DNA from: an uncultured Solibacteraceae bacterium
GTDB lineage: Bacteria; Acidobacteriota; Terriglobia; 20CM-2-55-15
NCBI GenBank assembly: GCA_964633285.1
Contig: CAZWGA010000028.1
Coordinates: 960 to 64,959 of the forward strand
Direction: 5' to 3'
Length of the DNA stretch: 64,000 bases
Part shown: piece after piece, positions 10,401-23,102 of the stretch
Numbering within the stretch: the first letter of the stretch is position 1
How the letters are laid out: the number at the start of each line of letters is the position of its first letter
Program-made: the position numbers and the translations under genes
Notes under the pieces: model-generated
The model's input: the letters and a program-made list of their open reading frames with translations, nothing else
The model's database searches: none
What the model was told of the DNA's origin: nothing

Positions 10401-10762
10401 GGAGCGTCAATGACGCTGATTTCCTGGCTCACTCCACCAACGGCAAGCGTGATGTTCGCCGTCGCTGTTTTGTTCAGTTCGACAACAACGTCGCGGCTTG
10501 CGGTCGAGAGGCCGCTCGCAGACGCAGTGACTTTGTACGTGCCGACCAGAAGATTCTTGAATCGATACGAGCCGGTGGCATCCGTCACCGTGGAAGTCTT
10601 CACACCTGTTGCCGTGTTTTCGGCTTCAACTGACGCGTTGGCGATTGCAGCTCCGGTCGCATCGAGTATCGTGCCGACCAGATTTCCGTCCTGTGCCTGT
10701 CCAAAAGCCAGCCCGGTCCATGTTCCGATTAACAGTATTCCGATCAAAATCCTGGAAATCAT
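7436..10762 (-). CDS. TonB-dependent receptor, Oar-like, with carboxypeptidase regulatory-like N-domain
   Basis: Signal peptide, GTILDATGAAIANASV, SVGGQRPRNNNFMVEG, GGTNDIHGDVYEYFQN, LNLGLRYEY, DFAPRIGFAY and a C-terminal RQLQLTAKVHF. GAGGAGG SD. Confidence 0.92.
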   Translation of the reverse strand: MISRILIGILLIGTWTGLAFGQAQDGNLVGTILDATGAAIANASVEAENTATGVKTSTVTDATGSYRFKNLLVGTYKVTASASGLSTASRDVVVELNKTATANITLAVGGVSQEISVIDAPALIDTTTAHVTNNYTSQMVSDLPLAANPVAGGVYNLSLAGAGVASAGGVGVGFGPSVGGQRPRNNNFMVEGSDNNRKDVTGTVVDIPVDSIKEFSVQQNQFSAEFGHSSGGQFNVVLQGGTNDIHGDVYEYFQNRKLNAVDEKEKRQAPAGVPFQKARFDQSTVGGQVGGPIIKNKLFFFGNWDYNPIGQQSTPSAVRRAPTEAGYAMLATIPGLSQPNLGILKQYVPAAPAASQTTPVCSVSAVPCPAASVVNVPLGTFQIIGPNFQNEYRWVGSLDYNQSDRDQWRGRYIGNRIDTIDTGTGGSVNLPVFYLPRPIRQAFISVSELHTFSPVMTNELRLGYNRYTSVTSAGDFKFPGLDKFPNLQIQQDLNLQIGPNPNAPQATRQNTYQLSENLSWVKSRHDMKFGFDGRDLIACSCPPFIQRVRGDYNYSNLDRFLRDLTPDALAQRNVIGPIGGNYNGNNYQLFFYANDNWQVMRSLTVNLGLRYEYSSVPTSMKEFDLNRIADVPGLITFRAPAAQRKDFAPRIGFAYTPGNSATTSIRGGFGIAYDLIFDNVGTNARPPQATSTVDETLKDNLTGYLARGGIRPDAVPVAASPDTARAATSSYLGDQKLGYSINWNLGVQRTFGKDYTAEVRYLGNRGVHLLFQTQLNRNAVVTANHNLPLFFSQPAQSTLDALPLTLAQLTSERDSAIGNPYRPFGFTLPITAYVPQGNSIYHGLAIDLNKRFSNHLLFKAGYTWSHLMDDSTAEVNSTTLSPRRPEDFNNVRKEWASSALDRRQRATFLWEYETPWFERSSNLLLQKVVGHWQFGGAWLYESPEYATPQSAMDANLNGDAATDRVVLNNSGTRGVSSDITALTSVRNGATQTVAYLVNNPNAYYIRARPGVFTTSGRNILQMRPVDNFDMSVAKIVPFKEHYKVEFRVDMYNAINHPQYIPGRPNRVNNSAHSGETNYLTPGNVDFAAWDRVYASNARQLQLTAKVHF

Positions 10763-10993
10763 TCGTCCTCCTCGTGTGCGTTGAGACGTGCAGATTCAAA
10801 CCCGGGGTGGCAGAGGGCTGAACTCATCGGGACGAGTCATCTGAATCAAGGGATGAAACAACAAAACATGAATTCGAATGATCCGGCGGATCAAGTGGCG
10901 GCCGTGTGGCCGCTGTACATCCGTGTGTGATGGACTTCGCCGGGCTTCAAATTTACGGATGCAAAGGACAGAAATCCGTAGAAGACTAGGAAA

Positions 10994-11854
10994 ATGAAAC
11001 TCTGTCTGCTGGTTCTCGCATTTTGGTCACAGGAAGCCGAAAGAGCACTCCCGGACAAGGCGGCTTTCATCGCAGGGTTCCGCAAGACGCTGCATGACGA
11101 TGAGAAGCTCCTCAGTCAGTACACCTATACCGAGAAGGAAACGGAGACCACGCTCGATTCGAAAGGCCTCAAGAAAAAGACCGAGATCAATGTGTATCAG
11201 GTTATTCACGGAGCCGAAGAATGGCAGACATATCGCCGGCATATCGTGAAGAATGGGGTCGCTTTGACCGGAGCGGAGCTTCAAAAGCAGGACCGTGAGG
11301 AACAGGAGCGCGTTGCAAAGGAGACTCACAAACGGGCGAACCAGCCGGAAGCGAAGCGCCGAGAAGAGAAAGCAAAAGCAGACCGCGACGAGCAGGAAGC
11401 TCTCGACGATGTCTTTGCGATGTTCGACGTTCAACTGATTCGGCGCGAACCGATCGGTGGTACATCGACGATCCTGGCCAGCTTCAAACCGAAGGCGAGT
11501 TACAAACCGAAGACGCGTATCGGGAAGATACTCCAGCACATCACAGGCCGCATGTGGATCGCCGAAGACGACCATGAACTGGCCAGAGTCGAAGGCGAAG
11601 TCATTGACGCCATTTCAATCGGTGGCGGATTTCTGGCGAAGCTTCAGAAGGGATCCCGATTCGCTTTCGAACGCCGGAAAATCAATGGCGAGATATGGCT
11701 GCCGGTCAGGGAAGAGGCTTTCGTCGACGGCAGGCTGCTCCTGGTCAAGGGACTGAAAGAACTCGACGTCGTTGAATACTCGGACCACAAGAAATATTCC
11801 GTCGATACCATCCTCAAGTTTCCGGAAGAAGTCGCCACTCCAAAGCCAGACTGA
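10994..11854 (+). CDS. conserved secreted hypothetical protein (possible LolA/RseB-like beta-rich fold)
   Basis: Short signal-like N-terminus and 'YTYTEKE...GRMWIAEDDHELARVEG...IWLP' pattern. The fold guess is inference. Confidence 0.7.
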   Translation: MKLCLLVLAFWSQEAERALPDKAAFIAGFRKTLHDDEKLLSQYTYTEKETETTLDSKGLKKKTEINVYQVIHGAEEWQTYRRHIVKNGVALTGAELQKQDREEQERVAKETHKRANQPEAKRREEKAKADRDEQEALDDVFAMFDVQLIRREPIGGTSTILASFKPKASYKPKTRIGKILQHITGRMWIAEDDHELARVEGEVIDAISIGGGFLAKLQKGSRFAFERRKINGEIWLPVREEAFVDGRLLLVKGLKELDVVEYSDHKKYSVDTILKFPEEVATPKPD

Positions 11855-11864
11855 CCAACAATAA

Positions 11865-12194
11865 CTAGAGCACCTTCAGTTCAGGCCAGCCGAGTGCGTA
11901 CCCGAGAGCACGCTTTACTTCACGTTGCCGATTCGCCGCAACCGATCCGATCGGATTGCTGAGGACAGCTCTGGGGACAACGTGAATGTTGTCAAGATTC
12001 GCTACCGAATTCTGTCTCAGACCTTCCTTTGCGCCGAGAGCGACTTCCTGCGGGATGTTCCGGATCGTTGTGGTGATTTCGGCAATCACGATTTTGCTGA
12101 GATACGCATATCCAGCCGTGCGAGTCAGAAGCAAAACCGGACGCCTGCCGATAGGAGCCGGCATGTTTGCCCATGCGATGTCGAATTGTTTCAT
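11865..12194 (-). CDS. PemK/MazF-family toxin (109 aa)
   Basis: MKQFDIAWANMPAPIGRRPVLLLTR...EITTTIRNIPQEVAL...NLDNIHVV. The ATG overlaps the antitoxin stop (ATGA at 12191-12194). The track start at 12344 is an upstream extension. Confidence 0.88.
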   Translation of the reverse strand: MKQFDIAWANMPAPIGRRPVLLLTRTAGYAYLSKIVIAEITTTIRNIPQEVALGAKEGLRQNSVANLDNIHVVPRAVLSNPIGSVAANRQREVKRALGYALGWPELKVL

Positions 12195-12460
12195 CTCGCG
12201 CGTTTCCTTGAAGCCGTACTCGGTCTCTTCGACTTTACCGGACTCGCTCGGCCTTCCCATAGCCTGGGATCGATCAGGACATCGTCCGGCGAGTCCGGTT
12301 GCCGCCGATATGCTTCCGCCGTAGCCTGCTCTTCGATTTCCCAAAGGGCTTTGCGAATAGCGTTCCTTATAAACTCTGAACGCCGTCGCGATTTTACCGG
12401 CGCTACCTGGTCCAACTGCTCAGCGGCATCATCGTCCAGTTCGACTATGAGTGTTTTCAT
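12191..12460 (-). CDS. ribbon-helix-helix (CopG-type) antitoxin (89 aa)
   Basis: MKTLIVELDDDAAEQLDQVA...RRSEFIRNAIRKAL RHH pattern, directly upstream of and coupled to the MazF-like toxin. Confidence 0.85.
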   Translation of the reverse strand: MKTLIVELDDDAAEQLDQVAPVKSRRRSEFIRNAIRKALWEIEEQATAEAYRRQPDSPDDVLIDPRLWEGRASPVKSKRPSTASRKRAR

Positions 12461-12467
12461 ATAGTCG

Positions 12468-12498
12468 AGTATATAGAACAAATATTGAGGAATGGCAA
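12468..12498 (-). promoter_or_regulatory. promoter of the TA operon (TTGCCA -35; TATATA/TATACT -10), probably leaderless
   Basis: Minus strand reads TTGCCA-N17-TATATA. TATACT ends 7 nt before ATG 12460. No SD. Confidence 0.55.
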
Positions 12499-12639
12499 GG
12501 ACATCGGGCTTCCGGCTGGAATCGATATACTGCGCGCTCCCACATCGACGATACCCACGATTTCGTTTGTTGAAAAATCTGCAGGAAAAGTAGAACATCC
12601 CAGCATCAAAGGATGGATATATCCCTGGGGGAGGGATCT

Positions 12640-15600
12640 ATGTACAAGAAACTTGCATGCCTGTTTTGTGGAATGATTGCGTTTGCCGCTCTGGTATCCG
12701 CACAGGGTTCGAGCAGTCTGATGCGGGGTTCGGTGATGGATTCGCAAAAGGGAGTGATTCCCGGAGCCGAAGTCACCGTTACGAATTCCAGTACGGGCCA
12801 GACTTTCAACACTGCTACCAACGAGAGAGGGGACTGGGTGCTCTCGTCGATGCCGCCGGCCGACTACCGCGTCTCGGTAGCGAAGCCTGGATTCCGGACT
12901 CAGACAGTCGCCAAAGTCGTCGTGAATGCCGGCGTACCGGCAACGGTGGATGTGGTGCTTGGACCCGGTGATTTGAACGAAAGCATCACGGTTGAAGCCG
13001 GCGCGCAGATTCTTCAAACCGAAAGCGCCACCTTATCCTCTACGGTGCAGGCGGCGCTGGTCGCCGAACTTCCTTTTGCGACACGGAATGCTGTCGAGTT
13101 GCTGGTAACGCAGCCCGGCGTTGCGACGCCGACCAATCCGCGCAGTTCTTCCATTAATGGACTTCCAAAGGGAGCCATCAACGTTTCGATTGATGGAATG
13201 AATTCGCAGGAGAGCTTGTTGAGAAGCAGCGATGGCTTCTTCAGCTATATCTATAACCCCATCGATGCGGTGAAGGAGGTCGTCCTGACGACTTCCGCGA
13301 CAGACGCCATCGGCGGCGGAGAAGGCGCAGCCAACATCAAATTCGTCACACCTTCGGGCACGAACTCACTCCATGGCGGAGTGTTCTGGCAGAACCGAAA
13401 CACCATCTTCAATTCCAATTACTATTTCAATAACATCAATGGACAACCCCGCGATCGAATCAACCTCAATCAGTTCGGCGGCCACGTGGGCGGTCCCGTG
13501 CTCAAGAACAAGCTGTTTTATTTCGCCAACGTTGAAACGTACCGGCTGCCCAACACCTACAATTTCACGCGGCAGGTCCTGACGCCGGCAGCCATCAACG
13601 GCGACTTTACGTACAAGGGTACCGACGGTGTCGTCCGCACACTCAATGTCTATCAGGTCGCGGCAAAGGCGAACGCCACGCTTGCTTCTTCAATCCGGCC
13701 GTTTCCAACGACTCCCGATCCGATTGTCCTTTCCACGCTGCAGAAGATCAATGACCTTACCTCCAAGGGCAATCTGAAGCCGCGTACCGATACGAACAAC
13801 GACTACGTGCGCGTCGATTATCGATATCAGCCTCACAGCCTCGACCGCCGTTACTTTTATACCGGACGTTTTGATTACAACATCACTCCACAACACACGG
13901 TTGCCTTCACGTACAACTACAACAGCTATTTCGCTGCGCCTGACGGATTGAACAGCGTTGTGCCGATCTATGATGGAACCGGCACCGTACTTGGCAGCGA
14001 CGTCAACGCCGGTCAGCGCAGCACGCGCTTTTCAGGAAATATTTCGCTGCGATCAGCGTTGAGAGCGAACCTGACAAATGAATTTCGCACTGGCCTGCAG
14101 AGCGGAACCGTGCTCTTTCGTGACGTTATCGGCCGGGACTTGTTCTCGACCTGGCGAGGATACAATCCGAGCTTCGCCGGTGGATATATTGCGGGTGTGA
14201 CCAGCACGAGCACGCCATCGCGCCGGAATTCACCGACAAAATCATTCACGGATAACGTGTCGTGGGTCGGGGGACCGCATCAGATCAGCTTTGGCGGGAA
14301 TTTTCAAACGGTCAGTTTGTTCCAGGCGGGAACGGGTACCGTGAACAGCGTCATTCCCGGCATCACGTTTGGAGTATCTACCATTGATCCGGCGTTTTCA
14401 GGTTCGACGGATATGTTTACGACCACGAATTTTCCGGGCATTTCGACAACGGATCGGCCCTTCGCCCAGAACCTTTATGCCATCCTTACCGGCCGCATCT
14501 CATCAATCACACAGGGCCGCAGCCTCGACGCGAGCGGTCACTACGATCTGACTGCCAGCGTCGATCGTGACCGGATTCGGGACTACGGCCTTTACGTCCA
14601 GGACAATTACCGCCCCAGGCCAGGTGTTACCTTGCAGCTCGGTGTGCGATACGAAAAGCAATTGCCATACGAAAATATGACCCGCAGCTATACGACAGTC
14701 GGACTCGCGGGCTTGTGGGGTATATCCGGCATTGGGAATCTCTTTGCGCCCGGTGTGACCGGAGGAGTCTCTCCGCAATACAACCAGTTGCAGAGCACAT
14801 CTGCCGGATATGCGATTCCCGGCCGTGTACTTCCATCCGTTGGCCTGGCGTGGCAATTACCGGCTCGCACTGGTTTCTTGAAGCTGTTGTTCGGCAGCCA
14901 GCCCAGTTCTTCGGTGTTCCGTCTGGGTTACGCCATGAACGTTGTGCGTGAGGGTTCGGGCGTTTTTACCAGCATTCTGGGTTCGAACCAGGGCCTGAAC
15001 ATCGACAATTCCGTGGATCCGTCCAACTACCCGCAGTATTTCGGTGCGGCGGGAAGCGCGTGGTTCCGCGACGCCGTTTTGCCGGCGCGTCCGTTCCCGG
15101 CGACTCCAACATATCCGATCATTCCGAATTCCAATAATTCGCTGAACGATTTCGATCCGAATTTGAAACTCGGTTATGTTCAAAGTTGGAATATCGGTTT
15201 TCAGCGGGCGCTCGACAAAGATACCGTCGTGGAATTCCGCTACACCGGTAACCATGGAACGAGTCTCTGGCGGCAGTTCAATTTGAATGAAGTCAACATT
15301 ATTGAAAACGGCTTCATCAACGAATTCAATGCCGCGCGAAACAATCTGGCGATCGCTAACGGCACAACTGTGGCCGGATTGTCTTCGCTCGCGAGCCTGA
15401 AGGTTACCAACTGGGGTAACCAGAATCTTCCCGGGCAAACGAATCTGAGCATCATTAATAATGCTTACGGCAACACAACCGACACCACGGTTGCCAACAA
15501 CTTGTGGCTTGGACAGGCCGGTACACTCGCAAACAGTATCGCCACGAATGCTTCACGTTTTGGAAATCTCCAGCGAGCGAATCCGGCCATTCCGGCAAAT

Positions 15601-16503
15601 TTCTTTCTGGTCAACCCGGCGGTTCTGAATGGAGGTTCTTTCCTTCTCAGCAATGCCGGCTCGTCGTACTACAACGGCGGGCAAATTGAGTTGAATCGAC
15701 GGCTCAGTTACGGTTTTCAGACTCAGCTCAGCTATGTCTTTTCGAAGTCGCTTGCGAACGGCGCAACTTCCAGTTCAAGCGACAGCTCCACGCCCACAAC
15801 CATGCGTAATCGCAGCCTGGACCGCGTGCCCTCGGGATTTGATATTCGACATGCGGTGAAGCTCAACGGTATCTGGAATCTACCCTTCGGGCCGAATCGT
15901 TATTTCTTCAGCGGCGCCGGCAATCGTGTCGCCCGCAAAACGCTGGAAGGGTGGCAGCTTGCCGGCAACGTTCGATTGCAATCCGGCGTTCCATTTTTCC
16001 TGTCGACGTTTTCGACATTCAATCAGAACGGCGGAGGCGTGATTCTGCACAACATGACGATGAAGGATTTGCAGGGAATGATCGGCAGTTACAAATCGAC
16101 CAGTCCCACAACCGGAATCGGCGTGGTGACCTTCCTGCCCGACGGCGTCATCAACAATACGAAGGCCGCGTTCAATCAAGGAGGATTCAATCCGAGCCAG
16201 GTCGATCCGGCTGCGAAGTACATCGGGCCGGCTGCGCCGGGCACGATTGGCTGCCGCTGCTACTTTTACAATCCGTGGCAGCGGTTCTTCAACTTCAGTC
16301 TGATCAAGAAGACCCAAATCCGGGAAGATGTGAATCTCGAAATTCGCGCGCAGGCATTGAATGCATTCAACCTCACGAATTTCGTTCCGAACAACAACAT
16401 CGGCGCGGCATTCGGCCAGACCACGAGCGCTTACCGGGACACATCGGGAACCGTCGATCCCGGAGGACGCATCCTCGAATGGGTCGTTCGGCTGAACTTC
16501 TAA
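12640..16503 (+). CDS. TonB-dependent receptor, Oar-like
   Basis: ATG 12640 with GGGGAGG SD, signal peptide, RGSVMDSQKGVIPGAEV, SINGLPKGAINVSIDG, LQLGVRYE, QSWNIGFQRAL and a C-terminal RILEWVVRLNF. Confidence 0.92.
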   Translation: MYKKLACLFCGMIAFAALVSAQGSSSLMRGSVMDSQKGVIPGAEVTVTNSSTGQTFNTATNERGDWVLSSMPPADYRVSVAKPGFRTQTVAKVVVNAGVPATVDVVLGPGDLNESITVEAGAQILQTESATLSSTVQAALVAELPFATRNAVELLVTQPGVATPTNPRSSSINGLPKGAINVSIDGMNSQESLLRSSDGFFSYIYNPIDAVKEVVLTTSATDAIGGGEGAANIKFVTPSGTNSLHGGVFWQNRNTIFNSNYYFNNINGQPRDRINLNQFGGHVGGPVLKNKLFYFANVETYRLPNTYNFTRQVLTPAAINGDFTYKGTDGVVRTLNVYQVAAKANATLASSIRPFPTTPDPIVLSTLQKINDLTSKGNLKPRTDTNNDYVRVDYRYQPHSLDRRYFYTGRFDYNITPQHTVAFTYNYNSYFAAPDGLNSVVPIYDGTGTVLGSDVNAGQRSTRFSGNISLRSALRANLTNEFRTGLQSGTVLFRDVIGRDLFSTWRGYNPSFAGGYIAGVTSTSTPSRRNSPTKSFTDNVSWVGGPHQISFGGNFQTVSLFQAGTGTVNSVIPGITFGVSTIDPAFSGSTDMFTTTNFPGISTTDRPFAQNLYAILTGRISSITQGRSLDASGHYDLTASVDRDRIRDYGLYVQDNYRPRPGVTLQLGVRYEKQLPYENMTRSYTTVGLAGLWGISGIGNLFAPGVTGGVSPQYNQLQSTSAGYAIPGRVLPSVGLAWQLPARTGFLKLLFGSQPSSSVFRLGYAMNVVREGSGVFTSILGSNQGLNIDNSVDPSNYPQYFGAAGSAWFRDAVLPARPFPATPTYPIIPNSNNSLNDFDPNLKLGYVQSWNIGFQRALDKDTVVEFRYTGNHGTSLWRQFNLNEVNIIENGFINEFNAARNNLAIANGTTVAGLSSLASLKVTNWGNQNLPGQTNLSIINNAYGNTTDTTVANNLWLGQAGTLANSIATNASRFGNLQRANPAIPANFFLVNPAVLNGGSFLLSNAGSSYYNGGQIELNRRLSYGFQTQLSYVFSKSLANGATSSSSDSSTPTTMRNRSLDRVPSGFDIRHAVKLNGIWNLPFGPNRYFFSGAGNRVARKTLEGWQLAGNVRLQSGVPFFLSTFSTFNQNGGGVILHNMTMKDLQGMIGSYKSTSPTTGIGVVTFLPDGVINNTKAAFNQGGFNPSQVDPAAKYIGPAAPGTIGCRCYFYNPWQRFFNFSLIKKTQIREDVNLEIRAQALNAFNLTNFVPNNNIGAAFGQTTSAYRDTSGTVDPGGRILEWVVRLNF

Positions 16504-16526
16504 GGAACAGCCTGGATCGCGGGCCT

Positions 16527-16568
16527 GGGGTCGGGCATTTGCTTTATCAGCATTACGTGCCTGACCCC
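16527..16568. repeat. imperfect inverted repeat (GGGGTCGGGCA...TGCCTGACCCC) between convergent genes; REP-like or terminator-like
   Basis: 11-bp arms with one G-U pair and a 20-nt loop. Confidence 0.55.
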
Positions 16569-16585
16569 GAATTTGTCTTTCGTGG

Positions 16586-17056
16586 TTACTTTTTGGCCGG
16601 AGCCGGCATCATCGCGTTGGTTTCCTGATGGAAAACGGCAAGCCACTTTCCGCCCCGATTGGTCCAGGTTGAAGAGCACCAGACCGGGCTATCCACGGGT
16701 TGGCCCTGATAGGTTCCCTTGCCGGTCCAGCGGTACATGTGGATGACCGTGTCATTTCCGACCCAATAGAACTGCGATCCGTCAATGTTCCAGCTCGTGA
16801 TTTTGACGCTCGCCATCATTTTGTCGAAATCCGGTCCACTGACTTTGCTGATTCCGCCCGCATCCACGCTGATCCCATCCATCGCCACGAGGGCGTGAAA
16901 CCCTTTCGGATCATTTTTCGCGAATGCTTCATTGACGGCGCGTTCGTTTGCAACGATCTGTTTCTCGGTTGCAGCTTTGTTTGAAGCCGCGGGCGTTTGC
17001 CCCAATACTGGAATTGCAGCCATTAATACCAGTCCCAAAAGTGTTCTTCGATTCAT
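16586..17056 (-). CDS. NTF2-like / DUF4440 secreted protein
   Basis: Signal peptide, 'QIVANERAVNEAFAKND...STWTNRGGKWLAVFHQET'. GAGGAGG SD. Confidence 0.85.
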   Translation of the reverse strand: MNRRTLLGLVLMAAIPVLGQTPAASNKAATEKQIVANERAVNEAFAKNDPKGFHALVAMDGISVDAGGISKVSGPDFDKMMASVKITSWNIDGSQFYWVGNDTVIHMYRWTGKGTYQGQPVDSPVWCSSTWTNRGGKWLAVFHQETNAMMPAPAKK

Positions 17057-17102
17057 GACTCCTCCTCGATAGGTTCAATTGAACAATGATATTCTCACAA
17101 CC

Positions 17103-20680
<3,578 letters not shown>

Positions 20681-20691
20681 TCTGGGCTTCT

Positions 20692-21657
20692 ATGAAAAAG
20701 GTTCTCCTGGGATTGGTAGTGGTGGTCGCGCTGTCGAGATTCGCCGCGGGTCAACGAGGCCAGCAGCCGCAACCCAAGCCTCCGGAGCCTGCCAAGCCCT
20801 CGGATCAGATCATTCAAGTCAACGTGGATCTGGTCAATATCCTCTTTACTGTTGCCGACAAAAAAGGAAAATTCGTAACCAACCTCAAGAAAGAGGATTT
20901 CAGGGTCTTCGAAGACGAAAAAACTCAGAATGTCACGAATTTCAGCAGTGAAACGGATCTCCCCTTAACGATCGCGCTTCTGGTCGATACCAGCGGCAGC
21001 ATCCGCGACAAACTTCGCTTCGAGCAGGAAGCAGCCATCGAGTTTTTCTATTCGACGCTTCAGCGTGGAAAAGACAAGGCGATCGTCGTTGCCTTCGATT
21101 CGTCACCGGAACTACTGCAGGATTTCACCGACGATCCCGAAAAACTCGCCGACAGCATCCGCAAGATTCGGGCCGGCGGCGGTACCGCGCTTTATGACGC
21201 GATCTATACGGCCGTGAATCAAAAGCTCGCGGGCCAGGGAGGACGGCACGTCGTGATTCTGATCACCGACGGCGACGACAATTCAAGCCGTGTCTCGCTG
21301 ACGGAAACTCTGGAAGCCGCGCAGCGGGAGAACGTCAGCATCTATTCGATCAGCACTAATTCCGCCGCATTTTTCGCCAACAAGGAACAGGAACGCGGAG
21401 ACAAGACTCTCAAGAAGTTTTCGGAAGAGACCGGAGGGAAAGCATTTTTCCCTCTGAAGATTCAGGATCTCGCCAGCAGCTTTCTCGATATCCACGATGA
21501 GCTTCGTTCGCAATACCAGATTGGTTATCGTCCGAGCAACGGCCGACCCGACGGAACCTTTCGCCGGATTCGTGTGGATGTCGCGGACAAGCGATTCAAG
21601 GCTCGCCACAAGGTCGGCTATTACATGCCGAAGCCGGCCGCGACTACTCAGAAGTAG
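20692..21657 (+). CDS. VWA domain protein (acidobacterial type)
   Basis: VDLVNILFTVADKKG, DFRVFED, MIDAS DTSGS...GGTALYD...ITDGDD, EETGG, ELRSQYQIGY and RHKVGYY motifs. Confidence 0.92.
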   Translation: MKKVLLGLVVVVALSRFAAGQRGQQPQPKPPEPAKPSDQIIQVNVDLVNILFTVADKKGKFVTNLKKEDFRVFEDEKTQNVTNFSSETDLPLTIALLVDTSGSIRDKLRFEQEAAIEFFYSTLQRGKDKAIVVAFDSSPELLQDFTDDPEKLADSIRKIRAGGGTALYDAIYTAVNQKLAGQGGRHVVILITDGDDNSSRVSLTETLEAAQRENVSIYSISTNSAAFFANKEQERGDKTLKKFSEETGGKAFFPLKIQDLASSFLDIHDELRSQYQIGYRPSNGRPDGTFRRIRVDVADKRFKARHKVGYYMPKPAATTQK

Positions 21658-21907
21658 CAGAAATAGCGTTAAGCAAACTAAAAGCGTGCCCCGATGCCCA
21701 CAACTCTTTCTGAAACTCAACGCCAAGGAACCGACGAACCGAACGAAGAGAGACACCAGATTCATGAGGCTCGACGAGCATTGGGTCTGTGTATCATGTG
21801 CGGAGGCCAGCGAAGCCGGATCGATCGGCTCGCCCGGCGGCATGCGCATCGGCGCTGCCGGGTTTTCGTGGATTAACAAAGGTGAATCCATTTACAGAGG
21901 AACTCAA

Positions 21908-23005
21908 ATGCAAGTCAACCGACGGGAAGTTCTCGAATTCCTGGGCATGAGCACGATTGCCGCGGCGCTGCCCAGTTTCGCGTTTGCGCAGGAGCCTGCA
22001 TTTCCAAAGGGCGCGATTATCCGAACAATTCTCAAAGACTACGCGCCTGAGGAACTGGCCGGCGGCGCCACTCTGTTTCATGAGCACATGCAACTGGCGC
22101 CCGATTTCAATGCGAAGTTTGCAGCGGCGACAGCCGCAGCCCGAGCCGCAAATGGTTTGCCGCCTGCTCCTCCACGCGGCGGGGGCGCAGCGGGCGCCGG
22201 CCGTGGCGCCGCGCCTGCCGCACCGCCACCCGACATCATGCATAACGTCGATCTGATGTCCGCAGAAGTCGCCAAAACAAAGGGCGACGGCGTGGCATGC
22301 ATTGTCGATGGCGGACATGCCGACATGGGGCGCGACATCAACTTCCTCCGGCAGGTTTCCATGAAATCCGGAGTTCCCATTGTTGCGGGCGGCGGATTTT
22401 ATTCGCAGCCGTTTTATCCGAAAGAGATTTCAACGATGAGCGAAGAACAGATCATCAAAGCGCTCATCAAGCAGGCGGACGACGATACTCTCGGCGCATT
22501 CGGAGAAATCGGTTCGTGGGACGAAATCACCGCGGATGAACGCAAAGTGTTTCGCGCCGTCGGCAAGGCGCACGTCGCCACAAACATTCCGATCTTCACG
22601 CACACGGGAATTCCCGGCAAATCGGCTCTTGAACAACTCGATCTCCTCGAAGACGCCGGTGTCAAACCCGAGCGCGTCATCATCGGGCATCTGGGGAATC
22701 TTGTGGACACGAACGTCTATGTCCACAAAGCGATCTGCAGGCGTGGCGCGTTTGTTGGTTTCGACCGGCAGGGCGGCAATGGTGATGCGCAGCAAGTGCC
22801 GATGGTCGTCGCGCTCATCGATGCGGGTTTTGCCGATCACCTGATGTTTTCCTCCGATGCGTCGAGTGGATACTCCAAGACCCTGACCGTGTTCCTGCCG
22901 AAGCTGAAAGCTGCCGGCGTGAACGAACAGGTTCTTCACCGCATCATGGTGGACAATCCGCGCCGGTTTCTTGCGTTCGTCCCGAAACGTCCGCGAAAAA
23001 AATAA
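21908..23005 (+). CDS. phosphotriesterase/lactonase-family metallohydrolase with Tat signal peptide
   Basis: Twin-arginine signal VNRREVL...AFA. Metal ligands HEH, GEIG, HTG, IGH and SSD. GAGGA SD before ATG 21908. Confidence 0.88.
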   Translation: MQVNRREVLEFLGMSTIAAALPSFAFAQEPAFPKGAIIRTILKDYAPEELAGGATLFHEHMQLAPDFNAKFAAATAAARAANGLPPAPPRGGGAAGAGRGAAPAAPPPDIMHNVDLMSAEVAKTKGDGVACIVDGGHADMGRDINFLRQVSMKSGVPIVAGGGFYSQPFYPKEISTMSEEQIIKALIKQADDDTLGAFGEIGSWDEITADERKVFRAVGKAHVATNIPIFTHTGIPGKSALEQLDLLEDAGVKPERVIIGHLGNLVDTNVYVHKAICRRGAFVGFDRQGGNGDAQQVPMVVALIDAGFADHLMFSSDASSGYSKTLTVFLPKLKAAGVNEQVLHRIMVDNPRRFLAFVPKRPRKK

Positions 23006-23019
23006 GCCGGCAATTCAAT

Positions 23020-23048
23020 TTGACGGATCCTGGCCCGTTACGTAGACT
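23020..23048 (+). promoter_or_regulatory. sigma70-type promoter TTGACG-N17-TAGACT
   Basis: Exact 17-nt spacer, upstream of the 8-kb ORF. Confidence 0.55.
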
Positions 23049-23102
23049 CGCAGCCCTATAGCGCAAAGCCAGTCGATTTCAGCTCACAGAAACGGAAGAG
23101 AG

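Noticed and set aside
10763-10993. Riboswitch (cobalamin, TPP or c-di-GMP) upstream of the TonB receptor
   Set aside because: Several short hairpins and a GCAAAG are present, but I could not match the conserved cores of any of these classes. An Infernal scan would be needed.
21497-21907. N-terminal extension of the PTE protein, and similar long upstream extensions at 2724, 12344, 12598, 18635, 32562 and 58751
   Set aside because: They overlap neighbouring genes or precede obvious signal peptides or SD/-10 elements. Downstream starts were used instead.
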